Assembly (NCBI RefSeq): GCF_000181795.1
Contig: NW_003526948.1
Coordinates: 2,286,921 to 2,350,920 of the forward strand
Reading direction: 5' to 3'
Length of the DNA: 64,000 nucleotides
From: Trichinella spiralis
Taxonomy: Eukaryota
The translations under genes were made by a program, and so were the position numbers. Every line of letters begins with the position of its first letter. Within the stretch, counting starts at the first letter, position 1. Shown here piece after piece: positions 12,080-27,795 of this stretch. The notes beneath the pieces are model-generated. The model did no database searches and was not told the origin of the DNA. It saw only the letters and a program-made list of their open reading frames with translations.

Positions 12080-14726
12080 TGTCTGAACAATTCAATTAAA
12101 AACAATTTGGGAGTATTATAACCACAGCAACATACATTGTTTCATTATATCGTATATTACACTTGCATACAATCGTCAACCCGTACAGAAATCACTCTGT
12201 TCCATTTTCTATTACCTGAACATTAAAATTATTAATACATTACTGTAGAATTGCTAAACATTTTAAATATAATGATAAACTTTAATGATTTGATAAAAAA
12301 AATTACAGCAAATATTTTAAAATGAAACATATATTCAATTCGTTTACAATTACACAATTACAACCGATACAAAGCATAAGGCATGGAATAACATAGTCGC
12401 TGTTGCACACTGAACGTCTAATTCACTGATATCATATATGAAGTTAAGCCATGAACTTTCACATGAAATCTGCATAGTAATTTCAAAAGAAAATGTGCAC
12501 ATTTTACAAAAACGCAATCATCTAACAATATGGTGAAATTGTTAGGATACTGTCACCACAACATCAGAAATGTAAATGCAGGACAGAATAATACAGAATA
12601 CAGTACCACTAACTTTATGTTCAAGAATTTATCATAGCCTTGATTTTATTTTTATTTAAATTTAAAAGTGCTAAATTTAATTTATTTATTCATATTATTT
12701 CAAAGTTAAATTAGTACATTTTTTTAATTGTTATGAACATTTTTCCCATGCAATTACAGTTATACATTTTTCACATTCCAAGCAAAAATTTCAGTTTGTA
12801 ATTTAATATAATATAAAGCATTGCATCAAAGCGATATTAATAAATTACTTGTTAAAAGAATTCTTTACTTTCAAATTTAACGTCTAGAACACACGTAGAA
12901 AAACGGTCTGCACAGAAATGCTATTGTCAAGGTAATAAATAAGACGTTGCTAATTAATGGCTAAATTGACTTGATAAAAGTAACTAAAAATAAGAATAAA
13001 TGTGCACATAAAAAGAATGAAAATACTGCTAATCCGTTCTTAAATTTAATCTCTACAGTTCTATTTCATTTCTTTTGTAAACAATTCATTATAATTTAAT
13101 CAAATAAAATAGCTCCTTCTAAAAAAATATAATGATATTTTTATTAATCATAAATATATGCAAATAATTATGCAATGTTTTAATTTAAAAAGTAATTTAT
13201 TAACGTAGACAAATGAAGATTTCGTTTTCAATTTATACTTTCTTTTCTATTAAATACAGTATTCCTCAAGAACATTTCTCATACATTTTAATGTAACTAC
13301 GGTGATTGCTAGTGTTTTCTTTCTCTCGCTGTAGAGTCAAATTAAAGTCAGCAGCCATTACTTTTCTTAGCATAAGTATTTTTTGGAAATTCAAATCAGA
13401 TTATAGGTACCATCTTTCATTATTGAAGCCGAAATCCGATTCTGCATGGCCTGATCAACAGCTGGTTATTTGTAATGAATTTTTTATATTGACTTTAATT
13501 TGAATTTTTTAATATTTCATTTTTAGATGTGTATTTTTTAATTTTATCTTCTTACATTCTTATTCCTTATTAGTTGGTTTTGTTGTCTTTTTATGTGGTA
13601 TTCTTGACTTCCTATTTCATATGATGTATAAAACGTTTATTTGAAATATTTATATGTCATACTGAAGAAAACCGCGTTTCTATCTCGATATTGGCATTTT
13701 TCTAATATATTATGCAATTCCTTAGCTAGTAATGTACAAGTATTTATATAAATATATAAATGCTTTGAATTTTGTTTACAGCTTTCTGCTTCATTTATTC
13801 TGTAATGAGGAAACATTGGAAGATGTAATTATAAATAATTGTCTTCTAGGGTATGTTTTTGTAGCATCTGGAATCGTGATATCCAGTATTAATCAACATA
13901 ATGGTTGTGAAAATAATGAGTATTTAATGAAGAGAAAGGGCTGATAGAATTGAGTAAATGGAATGGGCTGGTTGGAATTTTATTTATTTGTTCGTGGATA
14001 AATTGAACGCATCGCAGTGGTGTATTCTTTTCATACTTTTCATTAATGCTGAACATGTTTTCTATGATTAATTTCTGTTAAATGTCTCCTTTGATTTGGC
14101 ATGTCAGTGGATGAAATTCGATTCCATCAATGAACTTGATGCTCTAAAATAGCTCCATTGAAGAAATTCATGATTCTTTCAATTTTGTCTTACACATTGG
14201 GTCGTTCTAATTTACTCGGTCGAAATCATCTTTTTCCCGGTAGGCCTAATTAGCCGAATGGCAATATTGTATATGCGCTTGATTTTGATAAATTGGAATG
14301 CAGTTCGCCATGTTTGACTGTTTCAGTTTAGTACGATTTTGGAAAATGTTGAATCAGAGTGACATGATGAATAGATTATTTTTACTATTCGAAGAAGATG
14401 CTTTGTAGAAGTGTAATTTTTTGTAATCGCAGTGATCAGAGTTCGAATGAGAACAAAGGAAATGATGATTGAATGTTGTGGTTGTGAAATTGATCGTTTC
14501 CATTTTCACGTTTGTTGCCATGCGGTTATGTTGCAAACTATACCAGCATACTAAATTTATCTTTTAACGTTTCATTTCATCATGACGCACTATGCAAACC
14601 GACAATTCGCTGTCAGTTCAACATTAGCAGTGTTTAGTTGTAATATTTTTTCCACTTTAGGGTATTGTTGTTTTGCCATTGTTGTTATTGTTGTTGCTGT
14701 TGTGATCTCAGTGAATTTCACCACCG

Positions 14727-16360
14727 ATGGCTACGACGAGCAGGAGGAAATGGCGCCATTTTCCTGGCAACAATCGCTTCTGTTGTGATGGTCGAATTAT
14801 TATGGCAAAGCAGATAAGCGCTTTTGTTTTGACGGTCGTGTTGCTTCTTGGTGCTTTAATACTCTTCTTCTACTTCGAGTAAAACCATCCACTTTAACGT
14901 GTGTATGATGTATGTGAAGTTATTTTTTTTTCTCCATCTAGTGGTCCATTTTTGTACAACAATTTGAGTCCTATGATACCAGTATCAGCGGCTGTTTTAA
15001 GCTGCACCGTATTCAGTTCATTGTTCAGAACAAGCTTCTCCGATCCTGGTATTATTCCAAGAGCCACTGCTGAAGAAGCGTTGGCCGTGCAACGTGAATT
15101 AGCTGGTTCGTGTTTGTTTGTTTGTTTTTTTGTTTGTATTTGTGTATTTGTATTGTATTTCAGAAATGCGTAATGATGACCAGTCGACAGATTCGAAAAA
15201 TGTTGTATTCAAAGAGGTTTTAGTCAACGGGCAACTTGTGAAGTTGAAATTTTGCCGCACTTGCCTCATATTTCGTCCTCCGCGTGCATCCCACTGCAGT
15301 ATCTGTGACAACTGCGTCGGTTGGTTTTTGAAAACGCTTTATTTTGAAGAATAAGCAATAAATAATTGATGTAATATTTTTAAATGATCATAGAACGATT
15401 CGATCATCACTGTCCATGGGTCGGCAACTGCATTGGCAAGCGCAATTATCGTTACTTTTTCATTTTCATTGTTTCACTTTCACTGCTTTGCGTGTATCTT
15501 TTCGCTTGTGTCATGGTTCACATTGTTCTTGGTAATAATGGCTTAAATGACTTTATTTTTTTCTGAATTTTCTACTATTTCAGCAACGAAGCAGAAGAAT
15601 TTTCTTGAATTTATTCAAGAAAGTCCGGGAAGGTAGAAAGTTGTTTTTCAATGGAAAGTGTTTTACACAAATTTATTTTTCAGCGTTGTGGTGGCGTTGA
15701 TATGCTTTCTCAGTATATGGTCAGTTCTCGGTCTTACTGGCTTCCATTCTTATTTAATCACTGCCAATCAGACTACTAACGAAGATGTAAGTCTTTTTTT
15801 TATTTACGTTGTACCCACACTTTGTGAAACTTGCTTTTCTTGTATTGTATTGTTTAAGCTTAAAAATTCATTCGGCAGTAACAAATCAGACGAATCATCC
15901 ACTGGAACTCAACAGAACCGAACCCGCTCGAATCGCAACCCTTATGCTGACTCAAGATTTGCGTGGGATTGTTTGCAAATTCTCTGTGGACCCCAACCAC
16001 CGAGGTATGTTCATGTAAACTGACTGCATTTGTCTTAATATTTAGTGACAAACAAAATTTATCGCCTAGAAACGCCCTAAACAATGCATGAAACATTTTC
16101 AGGCGGATATTTAAATGGAATATTGTAGGAATTAATATTGAACAATTTTGAATTTTTCTCCTTTTCAATAAATGGATGTATCGCAGGTTCAATGTAAAAC
16201 AGATTGTCATATGTACTAAATGTAGAATTTGTAGCAATATTTATGTAAACTTTATTTTAGCTTGATCGATCGACGTGGCGTGATTCGATCCACAACTGAA
16301 ATTCAAATTACTGTCTCTACAATTGGCGAAAGTTCAAAATCGAATCCAGAGTCTACATGA
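14727..16360 (+). CDS. DHHC palmitoyltransferase, ZDHHC9/14/18 (Erf2/Approximated) type, multi-exon
   Basis: N-terminus [76 protein letters not shown] and NPY motifs; SLIDRRG in the last exon. Confidence 0.95.
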
Positions 16361-16667
16361 CGCGTTTAAACAGTTTTCCAAATTACGTGTGAAAGTATTC
16401 GATAATCGATCCTGTTTTCTTTTTTCTCATTTATTTTGATGAAACTGACCAAAAAAATGTGCATAAATACCGATTGCCTTTCGAATTGCAGAGCTTCTGT
16501 TTTCAAATGAAATAAATTATTTTGCTGCTTATTTGTGCGTGCATAACGTATAATATATCACCACATAATCATTAACAACTCCAACTATACTAAGACGTGC
16601 ATAAAACAAGTGAGAAACAATAGCTTATTGAAGGCAATCCATCGTGGTACGACTGCTTTAAAATTTC

Positions 16668-17645
16668 TCAGTTCTCAGCATTGAAAATCACTTGTTCAAA
16701 ACTGAGCGGCACTGAAATACCGATAATACTGCCCATCACAGTTAACCAGACGGCCACCAAATTTCTGAAATGATTTAAAAATCACTTAAAATTAGCAACT
16801 GTTCCATTATTTCAATAAATTTCTTTGCATAAATTGAAATTAAATATTCAACAAAGTATTTGAAAGTTTAAAGTGTTCGAGGCAGCACTAAAAATTTTAC
16901 TTTGTTTTTTTTCCTTTTTCGATAACAGGAGTCAGAATATCGTCAGTTTTGCACGGATGGAAACAGTACCAGGATGTGCGGAACAATGGATGTTCCTGAA
17001 ATGATTTTCGTTTTATCGAAAAAAAAAATCATAAATACTGGTTATTTTCCAAAGTTAAAATTCCATGCTTTTTTTATATTTAATCTAATAAAAAATTTGA
17101 ATAATACTTTAGTTTAAAATTACAAATAAACATAAACTTGAAAAACTGCACTGACACACCACTTGAGTTATCACTGAAAACGGATCTGCATAAAGACGAG
17201 CGGTTTCGGAACAACAGACGGTAGCCCATACCTCGTCTAACGGCATCAACTGCCCTTCTGAAAATCTGTGATGAAAAAGCAAACGTTGTAAAAGAAAATT
17301 GACTTACCCAAATACCAGTAATTAAAGAACATTACAGGTATGTTGTACAACTCATCGTAACATACGTGAAATTCACATTTCACATAATCCATACCGATTC
17401 GACAAAATCTGGTATCATCACAAACCAAGAACTTCACGTTTCCTTGCTAAATTGACATATTAAAGCACTAATACATATATACTCACGTATATCTTTTCAT
17501 ATTCATGATTATTTACATATTGATACATAAAAACAAATATCTTAACATTACAAACCTCCGCCACTGTCCAACGGAATCGTGAATAGTTTTTGGTAAAAGC
17601 CTCTATGGCTAAAATTTGTGACAGGAATTGGTCGTACAGGAACAT
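16668..17645 (-). CDS. ATG10: Ubiquitin-like-conjugating enzyme ATG10 (autophagy E2), multi-exon
   Basis: CEFHVCYDELYNIPVMFFN, EHPLFRTSWYCFHPCKT (catalytic HPC) and NLVAVWLTVMGSIIG in successive exons. Confidence 0.9.
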
Positions 17646-18542
17646 GACAAAAAGGCTCTGTAAATCATAATAAAACGTAAGTTTATTGTTTATAAATTAA
17701 TACAGGTTTGGAGTAAATCAACCAATTAACTGTTAAGAATTTCAAATCCGTCCCCCATAATACTACTGAAGCGAATTTTGAACTTTAATAATAATAAGTC
17801 GCAACCTCCCTTTAATATTATAGACTAAAAAACATATATATATATACATATGTATTTACTTTAGTGAAATACCAAATCTTAATACAAAACGTACACGCGA
17901 ACAAAGAATCACTTTTTTCAACAAAGACTTCGATTACTGCAATATAAGAAAAGGTAAGTTCAAATATGATTACTGTAACATTGAAAATGCAATACTTTCT
18001 GAAATTAGAAGATAAAAACAAATAAAATATTAATATTTAATTTAAATATTAAGATAATGATATTTATATGCTTATCAGAATAAAAATTATTTGACCAAAT
18101 TTTTTGTAATGAATTTTCTTTTAATGCTCCAATGAAACTAATAGTATAAATGGTGTTAATATTGTTATTCAGCTTTTAATAAGTCTATTTTCCATATTTT
18201 ATAAACTATATTCACATTATAATGTATCAGCTTCTTAGTCTTATTAATAGTATATACATTACCGTAATCCTATCAAACTGTTAAAAATTACGTAAGTTTC
18301 AGTTTAATTGAACTAAATTTATACATTAATCATAATAAATGGCTAATTTAAGATAACTTAAATTAAACATTTCCAATATTTTAAAATTATTTTCATACTG
18401 TACACTAAGTAAATTCAGGCGAGTAGCTGAAATCGTATGCATTCTTCATTCGGTCTATCTTTAGCAGCGCGACCCAGGTGGTAAATTTGCTTCAGCAGTT
18501 TTTCGTTTATGATTTTGTGAATCATATTTAACACAGAGGAAC

Positions 18543-20393
18543 ATGACTGCTGCTACGACAACTATTGAAACTGTAACAATTATCCGACCACTTAAGGTAT
18601 TTTGCAATGATTAAATTTTAAGAATGCAAATGATATTTTTTTTCTTTTAGATAATAAGCTTAATATGCGAATGTCTGGCGTTGGTGCTGTTAATTTTGGC
18701 TTTATGTACTTCATCATGGTTGAAAACTGGCTGTTGTTTCAGAACTGGATTATTTCGTGAATGCGTTTCTGATGATGTGAGCACTGATACGAAATTGCCT
18801 TTAGAATCACCTGCACCTGGGCAGTGTCACAGCTCTCGCATAGTTTATAAAGGTAACTTAATTTTACAGGTGGATGTATTCATAATAAATTTTGTAGACA
18901 GTTTTTTGGCATGCTTTATTGACAACAATACTTGTTAACTTTTGAATATAGAAAATGAAAATGTTTTTATTGACATTATTCTTTACGTGCTTAGCATTCT
19001 TTGAATTTCACTTTGTCATATATGTTTTCAATAAATATTTACGCTGTGGCTTTGCGCAAAACTGCTCTTCTTTATTTTGTTTTTGCTTTTCGTGAACATT
19101 ATTCAGTAGCGTTTTTCTAATTATATATTTAGATTAATTTTAGCATTCTTTTTTGTCATAAATGTCAGATGTTCAAATTATAAAATTATATCACTGTATG
19201 GTTCATCATATTGTTTTTTACACTTGGTCAAATTTATTGGGAAATTTTAATTTTCGATCTAGTGAATAGAAATTTATTTGTTTTATTTATTGATGTGAAA
19301 TGTTGCTTGTAAGAAATAAATCAATCTATGGTCATTGCATGTTTTTTTCTTGCTCATACTCCGTTAGTTGGTCAGATTAGCTGGTCTTTGTTATAGAAGC
19401 TGTTGTTTGTCATTCGTGACGGTGAAATTTCATGATTGTGCTTCATGGTCAAAAGGGGGAAGTTGATGTATATGAATTTTACTTCTTTGCAGTTTGATAT
19501 ATTACGGAATAGTAGGGTTGACTATTTAATGTGGAAATGAAGCCACGCAAATTATTGAATAAAGAATCGATTTATTTTATAGAATTTAACAATCATTTGG
19601 TTTTGAAAGCGAAGTAGGCCACATGGTCGTTGTTACATTGTTAAAGTTTTACACAGAAAGGGAAGCATTTTGTGTGCTTCAACTGATGAATAGATGATGA
19701 ATAATTGTACCAACATTGCATGAATCACTTGGCCTAGGGTGAACATTTAAGGCCACTAAGTAACGTAATATATTGTGTATTGTAACTGTTTGTGATAGGT
19801 AGAAAATGACGTGGTTTAAATTTTCAGCACATGTAATTGCGATGTTTTTGTTTTTGATTATTTAATAAAGTTATTTTTTCTTTATTTAACAGCTTACTTT
19901 CAAACAGCTGCTGCATTTTTGATACTCGCTGGACTTTGCATCGTGTCATGCATTTTCGCAACTGTTCTTGGTCTCAAAGCGACCAGCTTAGGTCGAAAAT
20001 ACCTGTACTACAAAATTGCGATGTATTTGGCTTTAATTGCCGGTAATTGTTTCATCGTTGTTGCACTTGTTTTCTGAAACAATATTTATTAATATCCCAT
20101 TTTATTTTAGTCATTTCTGAATTGATCAGTCTGATCGTCTTTCCCGTTTGTTTCTATTTGGAACTCGAAAATTGGGTTGTTACATCTTGGGAATTCGACT
20201 GGAGTGTACGATTGTATTTCTGGTGAAATTTGTTCTCTTTTTTTTTACATTTTATTTTCAGTATGGCATCGCTTGGGGAACGACAATTTGTACCTTTTTC
20301 GCTTGTCTGATGCTTATATGCGACAAGGAGCACGAAGAAATCTATTACAAGGAGAAAACTGTTTACGCATCGAATCAACAAGTTGCCGTTTAG
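18543..20393 (+). CDS. vab-9: TMEM47/PERP-like claudin-family tetraspan junction protein (VAB-9 ortholog)
   Basis: MTAATTTIETVTIIRPLK|IISLIC, W..GLFREC, LIVFPVCF, WEFDWS|YGIAWG and DKEHEEIYYKEK; ~1 kb intron 18853-19892. Confidence 0.88.
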
Positions 20394-20712
20394 TTGTCTA
20401 CTAGTTATCTACTTTAAAATTTTTGCCAAGTCAAACTGCTTAAGCTGATGATTCGAATTTACTGTTTTCATTGATGAATGTATCTCTGCTTTCGGTGACA
20501 TATACGGTGCATGTGAAATATAGTATTAAAATTCTACTTCATCCGCCTACGGTTGCGTGGCGATACTTTAATTCCATACATTGTAGAGCAATTGAATAAA
20601 CTTTATATCTACAAACAGAACGTTGTAAAAATCGTTTCAGCAATTGACGCGTAATTAATTCTCAACGAACCTGATCATTTTTACAGAACGATTTGTAACT
20701 GTAAAACAATTT

Positions 20713-22267
20713 TCAGTCTTTCATTTCGACCGGCGTGCAAGTGACTCGCGATTGCGGTCGCAAAATATCGTCCATACTTTGAATTATTTTCAATTCTATT
20801 CTTTTTTTGCGTTGTTTCTCCCCTTCTGAAGAGCGAAGAGAAAATTCAAACTTTTCTACCAATTCCATGTGAATATAGAAAATCCGCTTACCGACTGCCG
20901 AACCATCTCCACATTCACTCGTTCGTAGTGTTCTCTTCAGCACATCTTGCATACTTGACTGTGCTCTTTCCACGGCTAACTGTAAAGAGAACGAAATCAG
21001 AAAATTCAGCATCAATCCCATCAACATCTAACCACTGTGTTGTAGTCGGTTTTGTGCAGCCAGACTAATAACAAACTGGAAAACAAATCACCAGTTCCAC
21101 AGAAATATTGCGGGAAACGTTGAACTTGGAATTTGTGAGCTGCAGTTCGACCATCTTGTCGTTTTAAAATATTCCAAGTTTAGTAATACAACAGACAGAC
21201 ACAATGAATATCAATTTGAAAATCACAAAACACCACCTTTCATTTCGCTGAAATAGCCAGTCAGTGTTTCCTGACAATAGTCAATATCTGTACTGGTCAC
21301 TACAATCCATCTGGGTCCTTTGTCATGCAACAAATTCATCGCTTCAATGACATCCCTTTCGGATTCGATAATTTTTCCAGATAACAGTCTAAACAAATAA
21401 ATATATACATATATGTATGTAAGGCGACCGACTGACTGACTGACTGATGTAATTGAAAATCTAAAAGTACAAATGCCAAAATTCAATGCATTACTCCAGT
21501 TCGTATTGGTTCGGTGTGATCACGTCGGCCAAAGGCACCGCAGCATCACGATAAATTGGCAGCATGCTTTCCGGTACATACTGAAAATGAAAAGCAAACC
21601 ATAAGGAGGTATTCAAATGAAATAAAAACAGAAAATCTTACGAATCGTTTCTGATCTCCCATCACAGGATCGCAAACTGTAAAAATGAAATCACATGGTA
21701 ATTAAATTGGAACAAATTAATTAAAATTTTCATTCATAACTTACAGTAAATTAAATCTTTGTTTTTTCTCTTCAAACTATTAACAATATTGATCATTTCT
21801 GTGAGAAAGGATTCTTCAGCAACATAACCTGAAATGCACCGCTTTGTTCAAGATGAAACATTGTGAATGCTCAAGATGCTCATGTACAGACAATACCTGT
21901 CAAAACATGAGTATAACCAAGCAATTCATTTGCTTCCAAACCAAAATACAGTTCTTTAATATTGGATCCAGTCATTGTTTTTCCAGTCCATGTCGCGTAG
22001 CCTACATGTTTAAAAATATACAAGTATTATTTCCCTCCCTCTCCCTCCCCCCCCCAAAAAAAACATGCATACTTGTATTGTTTGAAAATTGAACAGAATT
22101 TATTGTATCGACTTCAAAACGATGAATCTGAAAACAGAATCAATTTCTAAAATGAAACCAAATACCAAACATACCTGCAATGGAAACGTTGCGCACTTGT
22201 TTCCACAGTAGCCAGAAACGACATGACTTTGAATGGAAAGCACACGACCATTCTCTTTGACGTCCAT
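20713..22267 (-). CDS. PDXK: Pyridoxal kinase (ribokinase superfamily), multi-exon
   Basis: [62 protein letters not shown] and ELKIIQS motifs. Confidence 0.95.
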
Positions 22268-24391
22268 GAAAATACTGGCTAAAACGGCGCAAGAATTGAA
22301 AATCAACTTTCAAAATTTCACTAATAATAAATCAATATTTAAGAAACATGATAAACAAATAAATAAATTATGTGTAAAACTGTTCATATGACCGAACTCT
22401 GCGAAACATTTTGAAAGTAAATATTTCAAACGGGGCACTAAGTAAACTGAACAGCTAGTTACTTAGATTAGCAGCAAAATGCATCATCATGCAATACAAA
22501 CAAATGGCAATTTCGCTCCAATCCCAATCCGTACTTAATATCGGTATAGTTGTGAAAAATTCTATCAATCAAAAGAAAATAAGCTATTGAATATCAATGA
22601 GAACATAGATAAATGCAAAACAAAAATAAGCAGTTCAAGAATGGAGACATTAACTGATATTTTAAAGCAAGAAGCTGCGCTGAATAGCGCAATATAAAGG
22701 TCACCAATCGATGATTTTCTTTATCAATATTGCAATCTCAAGTGAACATTTCTATACGCAACACGCAACATTGAACTTGTCATTTGCAATAAAACTGCTA
22801 TTTGTTTAATAAATACTAAGCCAGTTTCAGTAATACCAATAGCGAAATGAAAATTAAATCAGATGCAGAACTTGCATATACAAAAAACACAACCATAATA
22901 CTGAAAAAAGAATGCTTTTAACTAAAACAAAAAGTACACCACTTTTACAATGTAATTTAATTTAAAAATAAATATTATAAGAATTCTCAACAGCAGAACA
23001 ATGAATTCGTAAATCTTACACTATTTTCCAGCATTAATCCTATACTGGACTATTTGGCATTGAAGACTGTTGATAAATTACAATGCCGAATATAAAATAT
23101 GAATAGACTTACTAAGTAAATAATGTTGAAACAGAACGAATGCTGAAATTCAGTGCAGTGACAACATTTGAAAGAACTGTCTAGCTTCATGTTCATGCAA
23201 TTCGCATGATTCCCTTTAATAAGCGAAATAATAAGAAAATTCATTTCATAAAATGCAGCCATAAAATTGTACAACATTGTCTAGAGTACAGTACTGTGAA
23301 AAGCTAGACTAAGCTTAAAACGGATAAAGAATGTTTTATTGGAGAATTCAAAGAACAAATATCCAACAAAAGTTTCGCCATTCATTGCGTTTTCACAATT
23401 ATATAGACGCTTCTGTTTCAATTACAAGTAACAAGAACTTTAAGAATTTATAACACAATGTTAAAACTAGGAGAAATAAAACCTTTAAAATTTCTTTCTA
23501 CTATTTTGCATGTTATTTTCACCAGGTTAATGCCAACCATTTTTTCTTGTTCTGCATACCTCACTGATTTCGCCTGTGTATACAAAATTATAAAAGAACA
23601 AATCTGAACGTCAGCGGAGAAAAAAATACGATATGTGAAAGCAGGTCACAGGCTTACGGTAACTTAACGGAATATTTAAAAAAACGATGTAGATGATTGC
23701 GTGCGATCAGAAAAATCAGAAGCTTTGAAAGTATGAGCCGTTACACAGAAGTTGATGAAGCTTTGCGCTAGAAGCAATCAACTTATTTGCAGCTGTGTTT
23801 ATTTCCTAACAGTTTTGTCTAACTCGGGAACAAACTTTTTCACCACCTTTTCTTACTGGTTATTTAAAGCGTTATCTTATTGGACGTTTATGTCGTAGTC
23901 AGATTGGTTTTTCTTGTCTAATTGTTCATTGATTGAAAATTTTCCATTATTATTAACTGCAATATTTTTCGTTTCATTGGTCCAAATATTTCTATCATAA
24001 TTTGAAAGAAAGAATTTCAAGAAATTTACTGAGCAGCTTTAAAATAATACTTCAATAAGCAGATAGATATATACGAATTACTTGCCGAAAAATACTGACA
24101 TTAACGTCGCAATTACATCACAATTTCATTATGCAACGAATGTATGTTGTAGTATAATGAAAGCAATGTAATAACATGAAAAAACTGATTAAATAATTAA
24201 TAAACCAACACCAAATAATGATGGATATTGAGTTTTTCAAACCGGAAAGCAAACAAGAAAAGTAATACATAGTATAACCCATTTCATAAATAATGAACGT
24301 TAAGCAGAAACAATTAATTGCATGTTTCGGTAAAGTGCAGAGGTTCCTCTAAAACAGTAATAAATGGTGCAATTGAAAAACAAAAGGCAAA

Positions 24392-26393
<2,002 letters not shown>

Positions 26394-26930
26394 GAAAAAT
26401 ATCAATCATCTAAAAATAATAAAATATTTAATTAATAGCAAAACATGGTCCCGTAAAATCAACAAAAAAGAAAAAGCAGCAGAGAAATACGTTTTTAAAT
26501 CACAGCAACTTCAAAACGCACAGACCCTAAAAATGCATCGTGATAAAGAAAAGTCGCTCACAGCTAAAGTAAAATCTTAAAATAGATTGTTTGATACCTT
26601 TTAAAATTCTATAGGATAAATAAAAGTAAAGCTTCAACACCTAACTTCAACGCAACAACTGAATAAAACACTAACACCGGCCACCACACACAACAAAGAA
26701 AGGATAACAAATGAAATGAGCACGTAGAAGAAAAACAGTAAGACTAAAAATAATCATGTTCATATATATCTACAGTAATAAACGGGAAATATATTGAAAT
26801 GGAATTGTGAGCATAATGTATAAGATAAAAATAAAAAAATATTTTATCAAAATATTTATTTATATTTTATCAAATTAAAATTTTACTTTTTTTAAACTAA
26901 TATAACAGTTTTGTCTAATTAGGGAACGCG

Positions 26931-27069
26931 TTTTCTAATTGGTCATTGACTATTGGACGTTCATGCCATTCTCCGATTGGCTTTATTCATCGTAATTGCT
27001 AAGCAAACCAATCAGTCGGGGCACATCAACAACCAATAATAAAACGCCAATGAGATAATTAAGAAAATC
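26931..27069. promoter_or_regulatory. Cluster of six CCAAT boxes (three ATTGG then three CCAAT) upstream of BTBD10
   Basis: ATTGG at 26938, 26952 and 26976; CCAAT at 27008, 27033 and 27047; the block is GC-richer than its flanks. Confidence 0.5.
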
Positions 27070-27795
27070 AATAATTAGTTAATAAGCCAAAAATTAATTT
27101 TAAAACTGAAACAACACAGAATACAGAGGTAACGTTCGTGATTGATTTTCTCAGAACATCTCAAGATATGCAAATTAATTCTGTACACATCATAACTTAT
27201 ATGGCAAATTAATTGCACAATAAATTTATTCGATAGCATAAAAAAATCCCATTTTCACCGAAACTATTTGACCATTTAACAGTTGTAGCATTATAAAATG
27301 TATTATAATTCAATTTAGGGCCGTACTTCAATTGCTGCATCTTTGGGTAACTTATTTTTATTCAAAATATTCTTTTAACGTATTTTTGAAACTGCTTAAA
27401 TAAAACTGAATTACTGTCAAGAGATATGCAATGCATTTTCGTAATATAAATATCAGTGTATTTTTTGAACAGAAATTGTCCCATTCAGTGTTTATCGAAA
27501 ATCTGGCACTTACGTGAAATACCTTCTGTTTTAAGTGAAATTATTTTATAAAACTATTTTCAAAACAATTTTTGTAGTAAGTAAAATTATTTATATATAA
27601 TTATCATGCTTATTAAAACAGAACTTTAATTTCAAGCATTTTCACAGGATATAACTGGAACTGAAAACGTTGCAATGAACTGTTTTCAAAAAAAGCTAAA
27701 CAATCAGTGTCCATAAAAACAGAAACCAAATGCATAAACAATAACTTTCACTTAGTAATAAACTTTTTGAATGAACAAGATCTTATATAAAAGTG

